This document shows positions 40,655 through 50,464 of a DNA stretch of 64,000 bases, piece by piece. Source of the stretch: Planktomarina sp. (lineage in GTDB: Bacteria > Pseudomonadota > Alphaproteobacteria > Rhodobacterales > Rhodobacteraceae); contig JAPKEA010000001.1 in NCBI GenBank assembly GCA_028822275.1, forward strand, positions 3,588 through 67,587, in the 5' to 3' direction. Each line of letters starts with the position of its first letter. The first letter of the stretch is position 1. The position numbers were made by a program, and so were the translations under genes. The notes beneath the pieces were generated by a model. It did no database searches and had not been told where the DNA came from. It saw only the letters and a list, made by a program, of their open reading frames with translations.

Positions 40655-41671
40655 TTATTTTTCCATGAAAATTTTTCTACTTGGCCCAAGAAAAGAATCT
40701 ACCACCTGCTCCGCTGCAACCGAAGGCGCAATACATCCCAAACGGACGTCTTCTTGTAGTTCACAAGACTTAGCCCCAGCATTGGGGTCATTTTCAAGCC
40801 GAGATAAAAGCGATTGCCGCATTTCAGCATTAAACCAATAAATATTTTGAGATTCTCTTATTTGGTCCCAAACACCAGTTTCCTTACGCCAGGCCACCAG
40901 TGCTTGCATCTCGCACCAAGCCTCTGCAATGCCACTCCCCTCAGTCGCTGAAACCATTAAAGCTTTTGGAAAGTCTTTAGGATCTTGCATGCGTGAACGC
41001 ATTAAACGCAGCGCCCCTGCATAATCTGCGCAAGTGCGGATAGCTGTTGGCTTCAAATCTCCGTCAGCTTTGTTGATCAAGATAATATCAGCCATTTCCA
41101 TGATCCCACGTTTTACACCCTGTAACTCATCACCACCCGCAGGAGCGAGCAAAAGTACGAATAGGTCAGCCATTTCAGCGACCATAGTCTCAGATTGCCC
41201 CACCCCCACAGTTTCGATCAGCACCACATCAAATCCAGCAGCTTCACAAAGAGCTGTCGCCTCACGAGTACGTCGCGCCACACCCCCCAAGTGCGATTGG
41301 CTTGGCGACGGCCTAATAAACGCGTTAGGATCGCGTGAAAGTAAATCCATACGGGTTTTATCGCCAAGAATTGAACCGCCAGAGCGAGCAGATGAGGGAT
41401 CAACCGCAAGTACTGCCACCCGCAGGTCAGCTGCTATCAACTGTAGACCAAAATTTTCAATAAAGGTCGACTTCCCAACACCGGGCGTGCCAGAAAGCCC
41501 GATCCTTATTGCATGCCCAGCAGGAGGCAATGCGTTCAAAAGCTCAGAAGCCTGGGCACGGTGATCAGGGTTAGAGCTTTCCACCAATGTAATCGCCCGA
41601 GATAAAGTGCGCCGATTGCCATTCACAATTTGCGCTGCGATTTCGTTTGGCTCAAATTCGTTTCTAATCAT
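40655..41671 (-). CDS. meaB: Methylmalonyl-CoA mutase-associated GTPase
   Basis: GTPGVGKST, AVDPSS..SGGSILGDKTRM, ETVGVGQSE, NKADG. Confidence 0.95.
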   Translation of the reverse strand: MIRNEFEPNEIAAQIVNGNRRTLSRAITLVESSNPDHRAQASELLNALPPAGHAIRIGLSGTPGVGKSTFIENFGLQLIAADLRVAVLAVDPSSARSGGSILGDKTRMDLLSRDPNAFIRPSPSQSHLGGVARRTREATALCEAAGFDVVLIETVGVGQSETMVAEMADLFVLLLAPAGGDELQGVKRGIMEMADIILINKADGDLKPTAIRTCADYAGALRLMRSRMQDPKDFPKALMVSATEGSGIAEAWCEMQALVAWRKETGVWDQIRESQNIYWFNAEMRQSLLSRLENDPNAGAKSCELQEDVRLGCIAPSVAAEQVVDSFLGPSRKIFMEK

Positions 41672-41791
41672 CTCGGCTCCATGGCAAGAATTCGCCCAAC
41701 TTAGTATCCACATAATTCTGTTAGTTGACCATCACCCAAGGCCCTGACCAATTGCAAGTACCGTTATTCGAAGGCTCTCACACCATACCGA

Positions 41792-42535
41792 GTGGAATTA
41801 AGGAGAACATTTCCAGTGTTCAAAATTATCTTTCTTAGCCTCAGCCTTTTTATGGCGGCTCTTTATGCCAAAAAAGCAAGTGCGCTTGGCACGATAGGCC
41901 AAACAAGTGCCAACTACTCCGTCGCAGTGAATGGTATCCCCGTAGGCCGATTAGATGTAGCCGCAAATGTATCTAAAACTCAGTACTCAATTGTCGCAAA
42001 CCTACGTTCTAGCGGATTAGCATCAATCTTCACAAAAATAAGCTTTTTAGTCAAATCAAACGGCTTTTTAGCCGGAGGGGACCGCTACAGCCCAAAAAAT
42101 TATAGTGAAGAATCGAACGTGGACAACGTTAATGATTTCCTGACAATAAAGTATCGTAATGACCTTCCTATTCCATCCAAAGTTTTCCCAGCCCCCGCCC
42201 TTTTGGCGAAGAACCAGTTTGGGACCATTGACCCAATGACGGCTATTTTTGCAGTCTTCCGGGATCGCCCAAAAAACGAGCTGTGTAAACTTGATTTAAT
42301 ATTATTTGATGGAAAAAAACGCACAGCTATAAAATTTATTCCCAAGGAAACCCCAGGAAGTGACGTGCGTTGCGACGGGTTTTACTCCCGTATTGGTGGG
42401 TTTTCAGATAAAAAAATTACTGAAGGAACAGAGTTTCCACTTGAAATAGAATATGAATTGATAGGCGGCATCTACCAAGTAAATTGGCTTGTTATAAAAT
42501 CACCCCGTGGACGCGCCTCGTTTTCTAGAAGATAA
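41792..42535 (+). CDS. DUF3108-like exported protein
   Basis: Signal-like N-terminus; GTIDPMTA, LFDGKKR, C..YSRIGGF; start uncertain. Confidence 0.6.
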   Translation: MELRRTFPVFKIIFLSLSLFMAALYAKKASALGTIGQTSANYSVAVNGIPVGRLDVAANVSKTQYSIVANLRSSGLASIFTKISFLVKSNGFLAGGDRYSPKNYSEESNVDNVNDFLTIKYRNDLPIPSKVFPAPALLAKNQFGTIDPMTAIFAVFRDRPKNELCKLDLILFDGKKRTAIKFIPKETPGSDVRCDGFYSRIGGFSDKKITEGTEFPLEIEYELIGGIYQVNWLVIKSPRGRASFSRR

Positions 42536-42542
42536 TGGCAAT

Positions 42543-44993
42543 GTGAAATTTAATTTACCTATAGACGCGGTTCTACCGCAGGTTATCGACTGCCTGAAAA
42601 AATCAGGTCGCGTTGTACTGCAGGCTCCTCCAGGGGCAGGGAAAACAACGCGTACCCCTCTCGCGTTACTTAATTCAGACCTCTGCTCTGGCAAAATTAT
42701 AATGCTCGAGCCAAGACGTCTCGCCGCACGTGCAGCCGCTGAACGCATGGCGGACACATTGAATGAAAAAGTTGGGCAAACTGTTGGCTATCGAATGAGG
42801 GGAATTTCCAAAGTTGGACGTGATACCCGTATTGAGGTGATAACAGAAGGCATCCTAACCAGGATGCTTCAGTCCGATCCGGAGCTACCAGGCGTTTCCG
42901 CAATCCTTTTTGACGAATTCCATGAGCGATCTTTGGCTGCCGATCTAGGATTAGCTTTGGCATGGGAAGTTCGCGAAACCCTGCGCGATGACCTATTGAT
43001 TGTCGTAATGTCAGCAACTTTGGATGCAGCCCCTGTTGCCATACTCATGGATGATGCGCCAATCATCACCAGTGAAGGCCGCAGCTATCCAGTTGAAATA
43101 AGGCATCTCCCACGTCCACAGTCAAAAGAAACTCCGCTGGAGGCGCAGGCAGCTAACCTTGTGCTGAAGGCGATCCACGAAACCCAAGGTGGCGTACTTG
43201 TTTTCCTACCTGGAGAGGCAGAAATCAATCGTACGGCCCAGCGTTTGCAAGCAGCAATGCCCAAAAACTGTATTTTGCGCCCTTTGCTTGGCAAGCAATC
43301 CTTCGCAACTCAACAGCTGGCCATACGGCCCGAGCTACATTTCCGAAAAATTGTATTGGCGACTGCCATCGCAGAGACCTCACTGACCATTGAGGATATT
43401 CGTGTAGTGGTGGATTGTGGGCTTGCTAGGCGGGCTTATTACGATCCAGAAAAAGGCTTGCAAAGATTAATCACGGAGCGGGTGAGCAAAGCCGAAGCAA
43501 CTCAACGCACTGGACGCGCAGGACGAGTTGCTGAGGGACAATCCTACCGACTTTGGGCTAAGGCTGAAGAAGGCTCAATGGCAGCCTTCCCACCCCCAGA
43601 AATTCAAATTGCAGATCTGGCGCCGCTCGCGCTCGAATTAGCGAAATGGGGCAGCAAGCCAACGCAATTGTCATTTCTTTCGCAGCCACCCAAGGGGGCT
43701 TGGGCGCAGGCACAAAATTTACTGAGCCAACTTGGCGCATTAGAAAATAACCGTTTGACCCCACACGGGGCAGCTCTTGCCAAGCTGCCACTACACCCAA
43801 GGCTCGCCCAGATGCTCATTCAGGCTGGTCCGCAAGCCGCGCCAATGGCTGCTCTCCTCTCGGATCGAGATATACTCGCATCTCGGCAAATTGACCTCAG
43901 ACCAGCTCTTCTCGCCATTGCGCGGGAGACCAAAGCCCAGGATGATGATATTCATGATCTTGAAGCTCTAAAGCGCGTCAAGACAGAGGCCAAAAAGTTG
44001 TCATCCCTTGTCCTAAAAGGAGCTTTCACCTCTCGTTTAAGCCCTGCGCAATGCCTCGCTTTAGCCTACCCAGAAAGGGTTGCTTTACGCAGGAATGGGC
44101 CGCAGCCCCGTTATATTATGGCCGGAGGTAAAGGTGCAGTTATGGCGCGCGATGACGGCCTGATCAAAGCACCATTCCTAGTCATTTCAGACCTTGGGAG
44201 TCCCCAGAAAGGTTCGGGCCCTGATCCAAAGATTCGTCGTGGCCTGCAAATTTCCGAAGTGGAGTTGCGCGAGATATTCTTACCTCAAATAAGCTGGACA
44301 ACTTCCTGCAAATGGTCCAGCCGAGATCGCCGCGTTCTGACCACCAAAACAGAAAGCTTTGGTGCTTTAATACTCGCACAAGAAACCTGGTCTAAAGCTC
44401 CAGCCGACGCGGTGGCAAAGGCAATGCTTGATGGGGTCCGTGATTCAGGCCTCCACCTCTCCAAACCAGCCCAGCACATGCAGGCGCGCATTGCTGCCGC
44501 CCCCGCAAATACCTTTCCAGATATCAGTGATTTAGGTCTTCTACAGTCGCTTGAAATCTGGTTACTTCCCTACCTCACTGGCGTTACTTCGGAGCGGGGT
44601 TGGAAGGACTTTGATGCTCTGCCCGCTCTAAAAGCCTACATCGGATGGTCAAATCAAGAACGGCTTGACGAGCTTGTACCCAGTCATTTCATAACTCCTT
44701 TAGGGCGACAGATTCTGATTGATTATAAGGGAGATATTCCAGAAATAACATTAAGAATTCAGGAACTTTTTGGTCAAACTACCCACCCAAAAATTAGCAA
44801 TCAAGATCTAAAGGTAACCTTGCTTTCACCAGCACACAGGCCCATTCAAGTAACTACAGATATCCCAGGGTTCTGGACAGGGAGTTATGCTGATGTAAGA
44901 AAAGACATGCGCGCACAATATCCCAAGCATCCCTGGCCCAAGGATCCAACCCAAGCGGATCCAACCCTTAGAGCAAAGTCGCGCAAAAAATAA
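42543..44993 (+). CDS. hrpB: ATP-dependent helicase HrpB
   Basis: APPGAGKTT, DEFHER, MSAT, QRTGRAGR, C-terminal YPKHPWP. Confidence 0.96.
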   Translation: MKFNLPIDAVLPQVIDCLKKSGRVVLQAPPGAGKTTRTPLALLNSDLCSGKIIMLEPRRLAARAAAERMADTLNEKVGQTVGYRMRGISKVGRDTRIEVITEGILTRMLQSDPELPGVSAILFDEFHERSLAADLGLALAWEVRETLRDDLLIVVMSATLDAAPVAILMDDAPIITSEGRSYPVEIRHLPRPQSKETPLEAQAANLVLKAIHETQGGVLVFLPGEAEINRTAQRLQAAMPKNCILRPLLGKQSFATQQLAIRPELHFRKIVLATAIAETSLTIEDIRVVVDCGLARRAYYDPEKGLQRLITERVSKAEATQRTGRAGRVAEGQSYRLWAKAEEGSMAAFPPPEIQIADLAPLALELAKWGSKPTQLSFLSQPPKGAWAQAQNLLSQLGALENNRLTPHGAALAKLPLHPRLAQMLIQAGPQAAPMAALLSDRDILASRQIDLRPALLAIARETKAQDDDIHDLEALKRVKTEAKKLSSLVLKGAFTSRLSPAQCLALAYPERVALRRNGPQPRYIMAGGKGAVMARDDGLIKAPFLVISDLGSPQKGSGPDPKIRRGLQISEVELREIFLPQISWTTSCKWSSRDRRVLTTKTESFGALILAQETWSKAPADAVAKAMLDGVRDSGLHLSKPAQHMQARIAAAPANTFPDISDLGLLQSLEIWLLPYLTGVTSERGWKDFDALPALKAYIGWSNQERLDELVPSHFITPLGRQILIDYKGDIPEITLRIQELFGQTTHPKISNQDLKVTLLSPAHRPIQVTTDIPGFWTGSYADVRKDMRAQYPKHPWPKDPTQADPTLRAKSRKK

Positions 44994-45014
44994 AATCGCC
45001 TTACTAGGACTGCA

Positions 45015-46430
45015 TTATCCGTCTTTACGCATCCACGGACCGTGGTGATCACCGTCCATATCTGTACGCTTGAACGAATGGGCTCCGAAGAAATCGCGCT
45101 GGGCTTGGATCAGATCAGTTGTTCCACGCGCTTGTCGGATCGTATCAAACCAGCTTAGCGCTGAAGACAATGCAGGAACTGGCAATCCTTGTAAAACGGC
45201 AGCGGCCACAACCCGGCGCAATCCACCCACATTTTGGGTCAAAATCTTGATAAAGTGATCAGCCAAAATAAGGCGGCCACGCGGGAGATCAGTCCGAAAA
45301 GCCATCGCGATATCATCAAGCATGGCCGAACGAATAATACAGCCTGCACGCCAGACTTCAGCAATTCGCGCGTAATCAAGATCCCATTCGAACTCAACTG
45401 CCGCAGCCTCAAATATTCTAAAACCCTGAGCGTACCCCAGAACGCGGCCTGTCAACAAAGCTGACTCCATGTCTTGCTCAGACACCTTCGCAATTGGATC
45501 TATACCAGCTGGTACCAAAAGTGGTGCCGCAATCTGGCGGGTCAGTTTTTGCGAGCTTAAAACTCGCGCGCCTACAGCAGCTTCGATAATACTAGCAGAT
45601 TGACCCATACGAATAGCTTCGATAACAGTCCATCGGCCCGTACCCTTTTGGCCTGCCTGGTCAACTATCATATCGACCATCTCCTCGCCTGTCTCCGGGT
45701 CTTTAGCAGCCAAGACTGCCGCTGTTACATCTACCAAATAACTTTCTAATGGACCACGAGACCATCGGCGGAAGACTGGCGCAATTTCACTACCAGAACG
45801 GCCTTCACCGTCACGCAATAAACCATATACTTCCGCCAGCATTTGCATCTCAGCGTATTCAATGCCGTTATGAACCGTTTTTACAAAATGCCCTGCTCCA
45901 TCTGGACCCAGACGCGCTACGCACGGGTCGCCCTCAAAGTCAGCAGCAATTGCTTGCAGCACGGGCTCTACAATGGCGTAACTCGCCTCAGTTCCCCCTA
46001 CCATGATAGCAGGGCCATGACGCGCGCCCTCTGCTCCGCCAGAGATACCTATACCTAGATACGCAAGTCCAGCGGCTTCGACCCTTTTGGACCGTACAAC
46101 AGTATCACGGAAATCTGAGTTACCACCATCAATGATGGTGTCACCTGATGAAAGCAATGGGATCAAATTATCAATCGTGTGATCAACTGGAGTGCCTGCA
46201 GGGACCAACAAGATAATTGCACGAGGCTGCGGCATTGCCTGAACCATCGCTTTAACACTATGGGCCTTTTTTAATTTCTGCGCCAGTGGCCCCGCAGATG
46301 CAATCAATGCATCGATAGCCGGTAAATCCAAGCTCCAAAGGGCAACATCGTTACCGTTTTCCGCTATATTCAACGCCAGGGCGCCGCCCATAGTTCCAAC
46401 ACCAATCAAACCCATGCTTACTTGTATCAT
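45015..46430 (-). CDS. gndA: 6-phosphogluconate dehydrogenase, NADP-dependent, decarboxylating
   Basis: GVGTMG, IDGGN, GISGG..GARHGP, KTVHNGIEY, QKGTGRWT, QAQRDFFGAH. Confidence 0.95.
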   Translation of the reverse strand: MIQVSMGLIGVGTMGGALALNIAENGNDVALWSLDLPAIDALIASAGPLAQKLKKAHSVKAMVQAMPQPRAIILLVPAGTPVDHTIDNLIPLLSSGDTIIDGGNSDFRDTVVRSKRVEAAGLAYLGIGISGGAEGARHGPAIMVGGTEASYAIVEPVLQAIAADFEGDPCVARLGPDGAGHFVKTVHNGIEYAEMQMLAEVYGLLRDGEGRSGSEIAPVFRRWSRGPLESYLVDVTAAVLAAKDPETGEEMVDMIVDQAGQKGTGRWTVIEAIRMGQSASIIEAAVGARVLSSQKLTRQIAAPLLVPAGIDPIAKVSEQDMESALLTGRVLGYAQGFRIFEAAAVEFEWDLDYARIAEVWRAGCIIRSAMLDDIAMAFRTDLPRGRLILADHFIKILTQNVGGLRRVVAAAVLQGLPVPALSSALSWFDTIRQARGTTDLIQAQRDFFGAHSFKRTDMDGDHHGPWMRKDG

Positions 46431-46526
46431 TTCACCCTCCCAGGTATCAAAAATCGTTTAGAGCAATTTTAGTGCAGGACTAACTGTCGGCCTGAGAAAT
46501 TCTGAGTAAACAAACAGTTTTCCAGA

Positions 46527-47453
46527 TTACTGCGACAGACACCAACGGATTATAGCCTTTTGAGCATGCAGTCGATTTTCAGCCTCATCGAAGACTACCG
46601 ATTGCAAACCGTCCATTACCGAGCTGGTCACTTCTTCATTTCGGTGCGCCGGCAAGCAGTGCATAAAGATTGCATCAGGTTTTGCGTGTTTCATTAATGA
46701 ATCATTAACTTGGTAACCACGAAGTTGATTGTGGCGCCGTTCGCGTGCAGTTTGACTGTCATGCATGGAAATCCAAGTATCCGTGACCACTAAATCAGCC
46801 CCAGTCACAGCCTCAACTGGATCTCGAATAATCTCAACTCGTACTCCTTTGGACTGTGCTTCATTCATAAATTCTGGCTCTGGCTCCAGCGTTTGAGGGC
46901 CAGTAAAGACGAAATCAAACCCAAATTGGACAGCCGCATGAATAAAGCTGGCGCAGACATTATTACCATCTCCCGTCCAAACGACGCGCTTGCCACGAAT
47001 TGGGCCACTGTGTTCCTCAAAAGTCAGAATATCTGCCATAATCTGGCAGGGGTGAGTGCGATTGGTCAGTCCGTTGATAACTGGCACCGTCGCGTGATCA
47101 GCCATTTCCAACAAGGTAGCTTCCTCGAAAGTCCTGATCATTATCAAATCAACGTAACGACTCAGGACGCGTGCAGTGTCGGCAATTGTCTCACCATGCC
47201 CAAGTTGCAATTCGCTGCCAGAAAGAACCATTGTTTCGCCACCCATTTGGCGCACACCCAAATCAAAGCTGACACGAGTTCGCGTAGAGGGCTTTTCAAA
47301 AATCAAAGCAACCATTTTTCCATTTAGCACTTTTTCCAGGTCTTTTGTGCCCTTCGATAGGCCCTGCCGCGCTATCTTTATACGACTTGCTTCATCTAAG
47401 ATTCCGCGTAATTGATCGGGAGAAATCTTATTGATATCCAAAAAATGCTGCAT
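46527..47453 (-). CDS. argF: Ornithine carbamoyltransferase
   Basis: [30 protein letters not shown]. Confidence 0.97.
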   Translation of the reverse strand: MQHFLDINKISPDQLRGILDEASRIKIARQGLSKGTKDLEKVLNGKMVALIFEKPSTRTRVSFDLGVRQMGGETMVLSGSELQLGHGETIADTARVLSRYVDLIMIRTFEEATLLEMADHATVPVINGLTNRTHPCQIMADILTFEEHSGPIRGKRVVWTGDGNNVCASFIHAAVQFGFDFVFTGPQTLEPEPEFMNEAQSKGVRVEIIRDPVEAVTGADLVVTDTWISMHDSQTARERRHNQLRGYQVNDSLMKHAKPDAIFMHCLPAHRNEEVTSSVMDGLQSVVFDEAENRLHAQKAIIRWCLSQ

Positions 47454-47534
47454 TTTAAATTTTAAACCCTATTTTTATTCCAACAGAAGCTATTTGATAA
47501 CAAGATGCTCGTATTTTCGTTTTCTTTATCAACC

Positions 47535-48713
47535 TCAGACACCGGACTGTAACGAAGTTGCAGCCTGCCGAAGTCGGTCAACCGCCACCTTGATGTCTCC
47601 GTCAGCGATATTCAAAGCAGGTAGCAAGCGCACCACATTCGCCGCAGCCGGAACAGTTAGAATTTCTGCGTCATAGCCAGCGTTCACCACGTCCATGTTG
47701 TTTACCTTGCACCTCAAACCAACCATTAGGCCTGATCCAACGATCCCGTCAAAAATGTTTGGGAACTCTGCAATCAACCCTCCAAGGCCTTGATGTAGCA
47801 ACCCTGATTTACGGTTAACGTCTGACAAGAACTCGGGGTCCGACACATGGTTCAGGACGGTGCTGCCTACAGCACAGCCTAAAGGATTACCCCCATAGGT
47901 TGAGCCATGTGTTCCAGCAGTCATTCCATTTGCGGCACCCTCAGTGGCCAGGACAGCCCCGATTGGGAAGCCTCCACCAATTCCCTTCGCAACCATCATG
48001 ATGTCAGGCTCAATGCCCGACCATTCATACGCAAACAACTTACCTGAGCGGCCAACCCCACATTGCACTTCGTCAAAAATTAACAGAATCCCGTGACTAT
48101 CACAAAAATCTCGTAATCCTTTTAGGCAATGATCTGGAACCCGACGAATGCCGCCCTCACCCTGAATAGGTTCAATCAACACGGCCGCTGTTTTGTCATT
48201 CACAGCAGCATGCAGTGGATCATGTTGTCCAAATGGAACTTGCACAAACCCCGGCAGTACTGGGCCGAAACCCTCTGTCATCTTCTCACTACCCGCGGCT
48301 GCGATTCCAGCCGATGAGCGGCCATGAAAAGCCCCATCAAAAGTAATGATCTCAACCTGCTCTGGGTGACCTTTATCATAAAAATACTTGCGCGCCATTT
48401 TGATAGCTAATTCGCATGCCTCCGTTCCAGAGTTGGTGAAAAATACTGTATCCGCAAAAGTCAAATCTACCAGCTGATCCGCCAATTTTTGCTGAGCCGG
48501 AATATGATACAAATTTGAAGTGTGCCAGAGTTGCCCCGCCTGCTCTGTCAAAGCTTCAACCAATGCAGGATGCGCATGTCCTAAACTATTCACTGCAATC
48601 CCCGCACCAAAATCTAGAAACCTACGGCCGTCGTCTGTCGTTAACCAGCTGCCAGTGCCGGAAACAAAACTCAAGGGCGCGCGGTTATATGTTGGTAAAA
48701 TGGACGGGATCAT
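47535..48713 (-). CDS. argD: Acetylornithine aminotransferase
   Basis: GIAVNSLGH, NSGTEA, FHGRS, DEVQCG, AKGIGGG, HGSTYGGNP; adjacent to argF; start after GAAAGG. Confidence 0.93.
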   Translation of the reverse strand: MIPSILPTYNRAPLSFVSGTGSWLTTDDGRRFLDFGAGIAVNSLGHAHPALVEALTEQAGQLWHTSNLYHIPAQQKLADQLVDLTFADTVFFTNSGTEACELAIKMARKYFYDKGHPEQVEIITFDGAFHGRSSAGIAAAGSEKMTEGFGPVLPGFVQVPFGQHDPLHAAVNDKTAAVLIEPIQGEGGIRRVPDHCLKGLRDFCDSHGILLIFDEVQCGVGRSGKLFAYEWSGIEPDIMMVAKGIGGGFPIGAVLATEGAANGMTAGTHGSTYGGNPLGCAVGSTVLNHVSDPEFLSDVNRKSGLLHQGLGGLIAEFPNIFDGIVGSGLMVGLRCKVNNMDVVNAGYDAEILTVPAAANVVRLLPALNIADGDIKVAVDRLRQAATSLQSGV

Positions 48714-48768
48714 AAAAAAACCTTTCCGGTGGGAACTATGGACAAAACCAAAATGGAAGGATGGAATG

Positions 48769-48799
48769 AAAAAAATCAGAGAGGCCACTGCCTTCTAAT
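48769..48799 (-). terminator. Attenuator terminator in the argD leader
   Basis: Minus strand ATTAGA-AGGC-(AGTG)-GCCT-C-TCTGAT-TTTTTT: 10-bp stem with one G:U and one bulge, then a U-tract, 55 nt before the argD ATG. Confidence 0.7.
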
Positions 48800-48808
48800 A
48801 AGATCAGA

Positions 48809-48847
48809 TTAACGACGTCGGAGTGTTTTAACGATTTTCTTTTTCAT
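48809..48847 (-). CDS. Putative arginine leader peptide MKKKIVKTLRRR
   Basis: ATG AAA AAG AAA ATC GTT AAA ACA CTC CGA CGT CGT TAA directly upstream of the terminator and argD-argF. Confidence 0.7.
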   Translation of the reverse strand: MKKKIVKTLRRR

Positions 48848-48853
48848 CACACT

Positions 48854-48862
48854 ATTGTACCA
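48854..48862 (-). promoter_or_regulatory. Extended -10 element (TGGTACAAT) of the argD leader
   Basis: TG-G-TACAAT 6 nt before the leader ATG; no SD sequence, consistent with leaderless initiation. Confidence 0.55.
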
Positions 48863-48922
48863 AACCGATCCCCACTTGAAAAGACAAAATTTATTTTCCC
48901 CTTTTTCAACCGCTTTAAATTG

Positions 48923-49726
48923 TTAGGATTTCAGGCGATACCCTCGGTAAAACCAGACCCAAACCAAGCTCACTGCACAGATGTTTGCTACTATTATCAC
49001 TATAAGTGCAGTCCACGGACCACTATCAGATACACCCAATACACCAAAACGCCCCCCATCAATGATATAAAACATCGGATTAGCCCTAGTAATCGGCTGC
49101 AGTATTTCAGGAAGTGCTGTTATTGAATAAAATGTACCAGAAAGGAACGCCAACGGTGTCACAACAAAATTGGAAATAGCAGCCATCTGATCAAATTTAT
49201 AGGCGAATATACCGCCCAATAACCCGAGAGCACCCATAAACATGCCCCCCATCAAAACGAAGACCAATGTCCATAGTAGGTGAGCGGGCCAAACACCGAG
49301 AGTGATCCCCATCGCCAGTAACAAGACAAGCCCAATCATCAAGCCGCGGCCTATCCCACCCGCTAAGAATCCCAGTGTCATCTCCATTGGAGATAAGGGC
49401 GGCATCAGAGTATCGACAATTGAACCCATTACTTTCGCGGAAAGCATAGACGATGATGTGTTTGCAAAAGAATTTTGTATCACCGTCATCATCAGCAGTC
49501 CGGGGGCAAGAAAGGCCACATAGCTAAAACCCATCACATCAGCCCTATTCGGGCCTATAGCAACGGAAAATACCAATAAAAACAGACCCGCAGTCACTAA
49601 TGGCGCAAAAATAGTTTGCTGCCATATAGCCAAGTATCGCATATTTTCGCGCTTAATAAGGGTCCAAACTCCAAGCCAATTAGCCCTTCCAAAGCGTCTC
49701 ACGCCGTACTCCGAAACATTTGCCAC
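48923..49726 (-). CDS. ABC-2 type transporter permease (YadH-like)
   Basis: FLAPGLLMM..IQNSFANTSSS, TPLAFLSGTFYS, NPMFYIIDG.R. Confidence 0.9.
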   Translation of the reverse strand: MANVSEYGVRRFGRANWLGVWTLIKRENMRYLAIWQQTIFAPLVTAGLFLLVFSVAIGPNRADVMGFSYVAFLAPGLLMMTVIQNSFANTSSSMLSAKVMGSIVDTLMPPLSPMEMTLGFLAGGIGRGLMIGLVLLLAMGITLGVWPAHLLWTLVFVLMGGMFMGALGLLGGIFAYKFDQMAAISNFVVTPLAFLSGTFYSITALPEILQPITRANPMFYIIDGGRFGVLGVSDSGPWTALIVIIVANICAVSLVWVWFYRGYRLKS

Positions 49727-49830
49727 AGGTTATCTCCGTTTGGGTGGTTGTCCTTACGCAAAGTAGAGACTAAAGTAAAACACTTGCATGGTTTCACCAA
49801 GTATTGTCACTGAATTCAAGGGGGGGCGTC

Positions 49831-50394
49831 ATGTCCTGGACTGATGAACGCGTCGAAGTTCTAAAAAAAATGTGGGGCGAAGGCCAATCGGCTAGCGTCA
49901 TTGCGAAGGAATTGGGCGGGGTTACACGAAACGCCGTGATTGGGAAAGTCCATCGTCTGGGCCTATCAAATAGAGTGACGTCCACCACAGCAAAACCTGC
50001 TGCGAAGGGTAAAATCAAAACCCAAGCCAAGCCAAAGTCCACCGCAACGTCCACCCCATCAAAGCACGGTGTGACAATCTCAGCGGAGCCAGTGCGGATT
50101 ACTCCACCAGCTGTTCGCAAAATTATACCCGCAGGCCAACCTCTGCCACCACAGCCTTCAGCCAATGAAATTAGTCCTGAGGCCCTAGCCAAAGTAAACG
50201 AAATTGAGAAAACCGCCAAGAAAATTGGCTTGATGGAGTTGACTGAGAAAACCTGCAAATGGCCGGTTGGCGATCCAGCAACTGATGACTTTTGGTTTTG
50301 TGGGCTTGGAGTAAAAACTGGAAAGCCTTACTGCGAGGCGCATGTGGGCGTTGCATTCCAGCCAATGTCGAGTCGTCGGGAACGTCGCCGTTAA
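49831..50394 (+). CDS. gcrA: Cell-cycle regulator GcrA
   Basis: MSWTDERVEVLKKMW.EGQSAS.IAKELGGVTRNAVIGKVHRL; CKWPVGDP...FCG...YCEAH. Confidence 0.96.
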   Translation: MSWTDERVEVLKKMWGEGQSASVIAKELGGVTRNAVIGKVHRLGLSNRVTSTTAKPAAKGKIKTQAKPKSTATSTPSKHGVTISAEPVRITPPAVRKIIPAGQPLPPQPSANEISPEALAKVNEIEKTAKKIGLMELTEKTCKWPVGDPATDDFWFCGLGVKTGKPYCEAHVGVAFQPMSSRRERRR

Positions 50395-50464
50395 TTCAGC
50401 CCAGGATAATAAAAACCTTTAACCTACCCTACACTTTAACCTATCGCATGGTATAGGGCGGGCT

